A stretch of 64,000 nucleotides of DNA from NCBI GenBank assembly GCA_001790815.1, contig MGDU01000018.1, forward strand, positions 788 through 64,787, given 5' to 3'. The stretch comes from Candidatus Uhrbacteria bacterium RIFCSPHIGHO2_02_FULL_46_47 (GTDB lineage Bacteria > Patescibacteriota > Patescibacteriia > GWA2-47-26). Numbering within the stretch: position 1 is the stretch's first letter; the number at the start of each line of letters is the position of its first letter. The position numbers and the translations under genes were made by a program. Under the pieces are notes generated by a model. The model did no database searches. It was not told where the DNA came from and saw only the letters and a list, made by a program, of their open reading frames with translations. Shown here piece after piece: positions 57,706-64,000 of this stretch.

Positions 57706-58584
57706 CTAAATAGTCATTGATTGCGTCCTTTTTAATTTATCAATGTCTTTCTGCAAAATTTGATTTGCTAGTTTATGGCCATCTTCAGTGCTATTTAACG
57801 CAAGGCCGAATAATTTCACTAATGTATGGTTGTGTGAATAATCTATCCAACCACTGGTTAACGATTCAAAATACGGCAAAGCATTTTTAGTGTGTGTCCA
57901 TAATCCTCTTTGCAATGCGTTCGCTGATGCTCCTCCATATCTTACTTCACATATGTACCCGCCATTATCATTTACGAACATAAAGATAGGGTGTGATCTA
58001 CCTTTACCGGATACCACTTTTTGAGTTTCGAAATTAAATCTTTTATTGACTCCAATATAGACAATTCTTTTTGTCTCGTTAATTGCTTTATTATGATCAA
58101 AAATCATGATATTGCATCGCTGGTTTGTCTCATTATATATAAGAGGTAGTATATTAATGGCACCAAAATTCGCAAATGCCACCGAACTGAAAATAGATTT
58201 TATAATCTTTAAATCGGAAGTGTCTTTCCCCTGTTTTTCAAGAAAGGGGAACATTTTTTGATCGCTATCCGTTGATAATTGAAGTGGGCCGTCACCATAC
58301 GTTTTCAAACTGACAGGAAATTTTTCTTTTGTTATTTCATTGATGATCATTATATCCTCCTCATGTTCTTTTGCGCGAAATAAATCTTTACCTACATGAA
58401 TACTTTTAAAGTCGTACATGAATTGATTAACAAACTCAACCATTCCAATTTCCGCTAAATCACCGTGTGTTTTATTGCCAATAAGGCGCATTGTGAAAAT
58501 ATTGGACAGAGTATTAACAATGAGGGATTTGTTTTTACTGGCCAATAACTTAAATCTTTTTTTAAAATTTTCGAATTGAGTCAT
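57706..58584 (-). CDS. Putative type II restriction endonuclease
   Basis: 1 nt from the MTase; AT-rich; PD-(D/E)xK-like E...D...SLK arrangement. Confidence 0.65.
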   Translation of the reverse strand: MTQFENFKKRFKLLASKNKSLIVNTLSNIFTMRLIGNKTHGDLAEIGMVEFVNQFMYDFKSIHVGKDLFRAKEHEEDIMIINEITKEKFPVSLKTYGDGPLQLSTDSDQKMFPFLEKQGKDTSDLKIIKSIFSSVAFANFGAINILPLIYNETNQRCNIMIFDHNKAINETKRIVYIGVNKRFNFETQKVVSGKGRSHPIFMFVNDNGGYICEVRYGGASANALQRGLWTHTKNALPYFESLTSGWIDYSHNHTLVKLFGLALNSTEDGHKLANQILQKDIDKLKRTQSMTI

Positions 58585-58589
58585 AGCTA

Positions 58590-59360
58590 CTAGGTAAGAT
58601 TGAGTATTTTGCTAATTTCGTGCGTTAAATAAATATAGGCCTTGGCGCCTTTACTTTTGGAGGCGTGTTCAAAAATAGTCTTGCCTTGCGCCGGAGCTTC
58701 GGCCAGTTTTACCGTGCGCGGTACCACCACCCGAAAAATTTTGCGCGGAAAGTACCGATACAGTTCAGAAAGAACTTCAGCAGAAAGTTTTTGATTGCCA
58801 GCGTACATGGTAATTAGCGCACCTAACACCATAAGGTTTGGATTCAAATTTTGCTGAACAAGTTGAATCACTGAAATGAGCTGGCCAACGCCTTCAAGCG
58901 CAAAATATTCTGCCTGCACTGGAATCAGCACAGAATCTGCGGCCACAAGCGCGTTTATCACAAAAAGGCCAAGCGAGGGCGGACAATCAATTAAAATATA
59001 ATCATATGAATTGCGAACTTGTGCCAATGCTTCTTTAAGTTTGAACTCACGCCTCTCTGCAGTGACCAATTCCACAGTTGCCCCTGCCAAATCCATAGTG
59101 GCCGGCGCGAGCGAAAGCCGATTAATGCGCGTTGGCACCACAATTGCGGCAAATGGCGCGCGACCAACCAGCGCGTCATACACGCTGGTTTTTAAAATCG
59201 CGCGATTAATTCCTAATCCAGCAGTCGCATTGGCTTGCGGATCAAAATCAACAATTAGCACTGATGATCCCAGCACAGCCAATTGTGCGCCAAGATTAAT
59301 TGTAGTCGTGGTTTTTCCCACGCCACCTTTTTGATTGACAATAGCGATCACTTGTGCCAT
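58590..59360 (-). CDS. parA: ParA/Soj ATPase
   Basis: NQKGGVGKTTT, D.DPQANAT, YDYILIDCPPSLG, PVQ.EY.ALEG; start trimmed to MAQVIAI. Confidence 0.97.
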   Translation of the reverse strand: MAQVIAIVNQKGGVGKTTTTINLGAQLAVLGSSVLIVDFDPQANATAGLGINRAILKTSVYDALVGRAPFAAIVVPTRINRLSLAPATMDLAGATVELVTAERREFKLKEALAQVRNSYDYILIDCPPSLGLFVINALVAADSVLIPVQAEYFALEGVGQLISVIQLVQQNLNPNLMVLGALITMYAGNQKLSAEVLSELYRYFPRKIFRVVVPRTVKLAEAPAQGKTIFEHASKSKGAKAYIYLTHEISKILNLT

Positions 59361-59403
59361 AATAGTATTCAAGTGTATCACGAAATGCAACAAAGCACAA
59401 CGT

Positions 59404-59501
59404 GCCGGGATGGTGGAACTGCTAGACACACAGGACTCACCTTGCACCACGTTGGGTGCATGGTGCCCTGCACTCCACGTAGTGCAGGGCAAAATCGTAT
59501 G
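59404..59501 (+). pseudogene. 5' part of a tRNA-Leu(CAA) interrupted in the anticodon by a 52-bp double-hairpin insert
   Basis: GCCGGGATGGTGGAACTGCTAGACACACAGGACTC | insert 59439-59490 | AAAATCG. Confidence 0.7.
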
Positions 59502-59517
59502 CCACAAAAATAAATAT

Positions 59518-59766
59518 ATGCACTACGTTTATATCTTGCTCCTATCAAACAAACAGCTCTATACGGGGCGAACAGATGACCTGCGTCGCCGGTTTCAAGA
59601 ACATAAGGATGGCAAAGTTGCGGCGACCAGATACAGACGCCCACTTAAACTTGTATTCTACGAAACGTTCCTCTCAAAAGAAGATGCTATACGAAGGGAG
59701 CGATACTTGAAAACGAGCAAAGGTAAGAGTACACTCAAAATGATGTTAAGAGATTCATTGAAATAA
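59518..59766 (+). CDS. Stand-alone GIY-YIG nuclease (UPF0213-like)
   Basis: YVYIL...LYTG.T.DL.RR..EH..G....T..RRP..LV.YE....A..RE.YLK. Confidence 0.9.
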   Translation: MHYVYILLLSNKQLYTGRTDDLRRRFQEHKDGKVAATRYRRPLKLVFYETFLSKEDAIRRERYLKTSKGKSTLKMMLRDSLK

Positions 59767-59771
59767 TATAC

Positions 59772-59855
59772 GCCGGCGTGGCGGAATTGGCAGACGCGCT
59801 GGACTCAAAATCCAGTGGTAGCAATACCGTATCGGTTCGACTCCGATCGCCGGCA
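59772..59855 (+). tRNA. tRNA-Leu(CAA)
   Basis: GCCGGCG/CGCCGGC-A acceptor; CTGGA-CTCAAAA-TCCAG; long variable arm GGTA-GCAA-TACC; no encoded CCA. Confidence 0.93.
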
Positions 59856-59859
59856 TTAA

Positions 59860-59965
59860 GACTCACCCTAAACCACGTAGGGTTTAGGGTACCCTGCACT
59901 CTACGTAGTGCAGGGCAAAATCGTATGACCGCAAGGTCGTGAGAGTTCGAATCTCTCCCCGGGCA
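59860..59965 (+). pseudogene. 3' part of a tRNA-Leu(CAA) with the same 52-bp double-hairpin insert in the anticodon
   Basis: GACTC | insert 59865-59916 | AAAATCGTAT-GACC-GCAA-GGTC-GT-GAGAG-TTCGAAT-CTCTC-CCCGGGC-A. Confidence 0.75.
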
Positions 59966-60004
59966 TTGACATTATTTGCGTAAGAGCGCATAATTAAGGC
60001 TCAT

Positions 60005-60081
60005 AGCGGGGTGGAGCAGCCTGGAAGCTCGCCGGGCCCATAACCCGGAGGTCACTGGTTCAAATCCAGTCCCCGCAACCA
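60005..60081 (+). tRNA. Initiator tRNA-fMet(CAT)
   Basis: Unpaired 1:72; GGG/CCC anticodon stem; loop CCCATAA; encoded CCA. Confidence 0.92.
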
Positions 60082-60124
60082 TCAGAGCTCCACGAAAGTG
60101 GAGTTTTGTTGTAAACTATATCTC

Positions 60125-61168
60125 ATGAATCTATTTTTTGACTCAATCATTATTTTATATCTTATCGCCGCGCTTACCTTTGCCGTAGCGATTTTTTGTG
60201 ACCGCAAAGTGCCTAATAAATGGGAATACAAGCATCCTCGCATTACTCTCGCTGTTTTCATATTTTTATGTTCTAGTGCTCTCGTGGTCTTCTGGGGCTC
60301 ATTTATTGAACCGCGAATTATTACAATCAATCGCGTTTCCATTGACTTGCCCAATTTTGAGCCAACCCAACCGGTTCGCGTCGCGCTTATTTCCGATGTC
60401 CATGTTGGCACTTATAAAAAAGACGGCTGGGTGCGCCGCGTGTCCAACCGCATCATAACCGAACATCCTGACCTTGTACTTATGGCCGGGGATATGATTG
60501 TGGACAAACCTGAACATGCGCAATATCTTTCTGGCTTCCGACTACTGACTACTGACTACCCCGTCTATGCCGTACTTGGCGATCATGATTATCATGTTAG
60601 AAAAAACCCCCGTTTCTCAATTGAAGAATCCACTGCGCAAGTCGTGAATGATACGCTTACCTCCGCCGGCATGCACGTACTGCGCAATGAAGCAAGAGAA
60701 ATAAACATTGGTTGTACAGGGCTTAGCCCTGGGCGTGAAAGGACTAAGCCCTGCAACTTTTGGCTTGTCGGTCTTGATGATTGGCTTGCCGGAAAAACTG
60801 ACTTTGCAACTGCCGTTTCGGTGACTAAACCACCAATCAATGGTAACTTAGTCACCACACCCTTTATCATTCTTGTGCACAATCCCGATTTTATTCTTGA
60901 TCCGCAATCAAAAAATGCCGATCTCATCTTAAGCGGCAATACTCACGGCGGACAAATTCGTATTCCACTGCTTGGACCTGCTCCGCGCCTTCCCTCAGAA
61001 CTTCCTCGAAGCTTTGACGAGGGATTATTTAATTTGCAATATACGGAGGCCTTGCCTCCGGAAAATCGGAGGCAAGGCCTCTTATTTATCACCTCCGGCA
61101 TTTCCGAGTCCGGCCCGCGCGCGCGCCTTTTCAATCCTCCCGAAATCGTTCTTTTAGAACTCCGCTAA
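60125..61168 (+). CDS. Membrane-anchored metallophosphoesterase (YkuE-like), with three in-frame palindrome insertions
   Basis: SD.H, GD, GDHD, HNPD, SGNTHGGQ, R.FNPPEI. Confidence 0.9.
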   Translation: MNLFFDSIIILYLIAALTFAVAIFCDRKVPNKWEYKHPRITLAVFIFLCSSALVVFWGSFIEPRIITINRVSIDLPNFEPTQPVRVALISDVHVGTYKKDGWVRRVSNRIITEHPDLVLMAGDMIVDKPEHAQYLSGFRLLTTDYPVYAVLGDHDYHVRKNPRFSIEESTAQVVNDTLTSAGMHVLRNEAREINIGCTGLSPGRERTKPCNFWLVGLDDWLAGKTDFATAVSVTKPPINGNLVTTPFIILVHNPDFILDPQSKNADLILSGNTHGGQIRIPLLGPAPRLPSELPRSFDEGLFNLQYTEALPPENRRQGLLFITSGISESGPRARLFNPPEIVLLELR

Positions 61169-61443
61169 TATTTTATCTTCCCCTCCCTATCCCCAATTTT
61201 TTGCCCGCATTGCTGACGGACGGGCACAAATCTTTTTGGGGCGGCTCTCTTTACAAAATCCACCACAAATGCTAAGGTATTGTATTCCTTGGAAAATCTC
61301 AAGGAGTGTGAAAAATAGTTTTTTGACAACCTGAAAGCACGGTGGCTCGGTGTAATGTGCAGGGATTACCCTGATCTATGCCGCGCTTACCCACAGCATT
61401 CTCTGTCACGTTCCAAGGAACACAACGAGGAAGGAAGAGACCG

Positions 61444-62766
61444 ATGAAAAAAGTGTATGCAGTTGATTTGCTCAACCGCACTTCAAGTGGTATGCGGGTT
61501 GAGCTTTACGGCTGGGTGAAAACTCGCCGCAGACATAATCACGTCGTCTTCTTGGACATCTGCGATTCCACAGGGACGGTTCAAAGCGTGGTTGATGAGA
61601 CCAATAAAGAACTGTTCGAACTGGCAAAGCGGATCAATCAGGAAACGGCAGTAAAGGTTGCTGGAATCCTCACGGAGACCGGGCGACCGAATCCGCCAAA
61701 GGAAATCCGTGTTCGGGAGATCAAAATCGTCGGCGTTGCCACAATCAATGTCTCACCGTATCCGCGATCGGACATTGATATCTTGGACCCAAAACTCCAA
61801 AAGCAACTCCTGGACAAACGGCACTTCTACCTTCGAAATGAAAAGATCGCAGCGATTCTGAAGTTCCGTCATGTCCTCACGCGTATTGTGCATCAGTGGT
61901 TCCATGAAAATGGGTTCATTGAGATTCATGCTCCCGTGCTCACACCGACGCCGCTCTACGATGACCGTTCGGCGATGGCGCTCAAAGTGCATGGGCAAGA
62001 TGTATTCCTAACACAATGTGTCGGGTTCTATCTCGAACAGGCAGTCCATGCCTTCGAGAAGATCTACAATATCGGTCCCAGCTTTCGAGCCGAAGAAAGT
62101 CGCTCCAAGAGACACCTCATGGAATACTGGCACATCAAAGCCGAATTGGCGTTCGTGGATTTCGAGGACATGGTCGCAACGGTAGAGCGGTTCATCCAAG
62201 ATGTAAGCAAGCAAAGCATCCATGAAGGACGTGAGCTTGCACATATCATCGGCACCGAAATGTGCGACGACGGGCTGAAAATTCCGTTTCTGCGCATTGG
62301 CTACGACGAAGCAGTTGAGTGGCTGAAGGCGCAGGGTTCCGACATGGAATTCGGCAAGAGCTTGGGTTCCAATGACGAATCTTTGCTCAGTAGCCGGTTC
62401 GGCAATACCCCATTCTGGGTCGTTGGCATTCCGCGATCCATCGAACCCTTTCCGTACGTGATTGATTCAGCTGATCCGCGTCGCACAAAGACAGCTGATT
62501 TGATTGCAAGCCGAGGGTTCGGCGAACTTCTCGGTATCGCTGAGAAGATTCACGTTCTGTCAATGCTCGATGAGAGATTGACGGAGAAAGGCAAAGCCGG
62601 TGATACCCGCTACGAATGGGTGCGGGAGCTTCGTCAGTACGGCTGTGTGCCGCACGGAGGGTTCGGCATGGGGCTGGAGCGGTTCATCCGTTGGCTCCTG
62701 CAGATTCCGCATGTGCGGGACACCATTCCCTTCCACCGAGCGTTCGGTAGGAGGATCGATCCATGA
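61444..62766 (+). CDS. asnS: Asparagine--tRNA ligase-like class IIb synthetase (divergent)
   Basis: OB fold GWV..RR; GPSFRAE.SR..RHL.EYW; RQYG.VPHGGFG.GLER. Confidence 0.7.
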   Translation: MKKVYAVDLLNRTSSGMRVELYGWVKTRRRHNHVVFLDICDSTGTVQSVVDETNKELFELAKRINQETAVKVAGILTETGRPNPPKEIRVREIKIVGVATINVSPYPRSDIDILDPKLQKQLLDKRHFYLRNEKIAAILKFRHVLTRIVHQWFHENGFIEIHAPVLTPTPLYDDRSAMALKVHGQDVFLTQCVGFYLEQAVHAFEKIYNIGPSFRAEESRSKRHLMEYWHIKAELAFVDFEDMVATVERFIQDVSKQSIHEGRELAHIIGTEMCDDGLKIPFLRIGYDEAVEWLKAQGSDMEFGKSLGSNDESLLSSRFGNTPFWVVGIPRSIEPFPYVIDSADPRRTKTADLIASRGFGELLGIAEKIHVLSMLDERLTEKGKAGDTRYEWVRELRQYGCVPHGGFGMGLERFIRWLLQIPHVRDTIPFHRAFGRRIDP

Positions 62767-62821
62767 ATGCCACATACACCAAGCCAATCAGGCAAGGCAC
62801 CACCACTGAAAGGAGAAGGAA

Positions 62822-64000
62822 ATGGAACGATCGTTGATCAAAGAACTCGGGTCCAAGAACGGCGAAACCGTTCGGATCTGCGGATGGCTCGAAACGCTTC
62901 GCGATCAAAAAAAGGTACAATTCGTCATCGTGCGCGACCACACCGGCAGAGTCCAGGTCGTGCGCGAGAAGAAGCAAGACTCACTCAGCGCCCTCATCTC
63001 CACGCTCACGGCGGAATCCGCCGTGGAGGTGACCGGCACGGTCGTCGCCAACGAGAAGGTCAAGCTCGGCGGCATCGAGATCGTACTCGATGATCTCAAA
63101 GTCAGCAACGCGGCTCCTCCGATGCTCCCCATCACGGAGGAATCCGGCCTCGACCTGCGACTCGACTGGCGCTTCCTAGACCTGCGCCGTCCTGCCAACC
63201 ATCTGATCTTCCAGGTACAGACGGCAGCGGAGCATGCCATGCGCGAGTACTGGATTAAGGAGGGGTTCATCGAGATCCACTCGCCGAAGTTCATGGGCAG
63301 TGCCAGTGAGTCCGGCGCGGAGCTCTTCCGCGTCGAGTACTTCGGTGGCCACGCCTACCTCGCTCAGTCGCCGCAGTTCTACAAGCAGATGGCGATGGCA
63401 GCGGGCTTCGATCGCGTGTTCGAGATCGGACCGGTGTTCCGTGCAAATCCGTCGTTCACATCCCGCCACGACACGGAGTTCACCAGCGTGGACGTGGAGA
63501 TCTCGTGGGTCGAGTCGCACGACGATGTCATGAAGTTCGAGGAGCGGTGGCTGCAGTACGTGCTCCAGTCCCTCCGGGACAAGCTCGGCGAGGTCATCAC
63601 CAAGCACTTCGGTGTCGAGGTGACTATTCCCACGGTGCCGTTCCCGCGAATCAGCATGACCGAGGCCTATGCGATCCTCGCGCAACGCGGTCACGTCCTC
63701 TCCGCCGAGACCAAGGGCGACCTTGACCCGGAGGGAGAGCGTCAGCTCTGCGCTCACATCAAGGAGCAGACGGGTCACGACTTCGTGTTCGTGACGGACT
63801 ATCCCATCTCCGTGCGTCCTTTCTACCACATGCGCCACGCGGACAATCCCGCCATCACCAAGAGCTTCGACCTTCTCTGGAAGGGGCTCGAAGTAACGAC
63901 GGGTGCTCAGCGCGAGCATCGGTACGACATCCTCACGCAGCAGGCGAAGGAGAAAGGACTCACTCCCGAGCCGATCAAGCACTACCTGGACTGCTTCCGC
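62822..64000 (+). CDS. aspS: Archaeal-type (likely non-discriminating) aspartate--tRNA ligase; runs off the window end
   Basis: Translated by hand: MERSLIKEL...RLDWRFLDLRR...SESGAELF..YLAQSPQFYKQM...FEIGPVFRA..S.T.RH.TEF...SFDLLWKGLEVTTGAQREHRY. SD AAGGA upstream. Confidence 0.92.
   Translation, partial: MERSLIKELGSKNGETVRICGWLETLRDQKKVQFVIVRDHTGRVQVVREKKQDSLSALISTLTAESAVEVTGTVVANEKVKLGGIEIVLDDLKVSNAAPPMLPITEESGLDLRLDWRFLDLRRPANHLIFQVQTAAEHAMREYWIKEGFIEIHSPKFMGSASESGAELFRVEYFGGHAYLAQSPQFYKQMAMAAGFDRVFEIGPVFRANPSFTSRHDTEFTSVDVEISWVESHDDVMKFEERWLQYVLQSLRDKLGEVITKHFGVEVTIPTVPFPRISMTEAYAILAQRGHVLSAETKGDLDPEGERQLCAHIKEQTGHDFVFVTDYPISVRPFYHMRHADNPAITKSFDLLWKGLEVTTGAQREHRYDILTQQAKEKGLTPEPIKHYLDCFR

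Noticed and set aside
59404-59965. Group I intron with homing endonuclease in tRNA-Leu
   Set aside because: No room for a ribozyme core, an intact tRNA lies inside, and the flanking halves do not pair into one tRNA.
63176-63982. 268-aa minus-strand ORF and other long antisense ORFs (e.g. 14181-14984, 19743-20696, 46071-46883, 55654-56343)
   Set aside because: Shadow frames opposite well-supported genes; aspS on the + strand explains this one.
1-64000. Alternative genetic code (UGA=Gly, as in Gracilibacteria/Absconditabacteria)
   Set aside because: Conserved genes such as smpB and dprA end at TGA at expected lengths, and long genes have no in-frame TGA.

Overview
Chromosomal window that looks like a Patescibacteria/CPR (Parcubacteria-like) bacterium using genetic code 11 (inferred from gene content and TGA stops). 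Most of it is housekeeping: smpB-ssrA-infC-rpmI-rplT, pyk, htrA, cobO, class II RNR, ftsA-ftsZ, ybeY, rpsU, hisS, lepB, der, pth, dprA-topA, rel, parA/parB, two Asn/Asp-type synthetases and three ordinary tRNAs. It also carries a 4675-aa pilin-anchored cysteine-rich surface protein, a type II R-M pair inserted between parA and parB, and several orphan islets. The main discovery is an RNA-only module present twice, at 7715-7938 (-) and 45679-45901 (+). Each copy has a 73-nt non-canonical tRNA-like gene with an alanine-type acceptor (G3:U70, A73) but an Asp-reading anticodon (GUC or AUC). Each is followed by a separately promoted ~67-nt small RNA whose 5' end is complementary to that copy's own anticodon arm. 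The two copies co-vary, which suggests a mistranslating-tRNA toxin with an antisense antitoxin (inference). A third divergent hairpin/antisense RNA pair lies at 52414-52603. Many palindromic and short tandem repeats sit in-frame inside core genes, and related repeats flank DUF559, four-helix-bundle and GIY-YIG genes.
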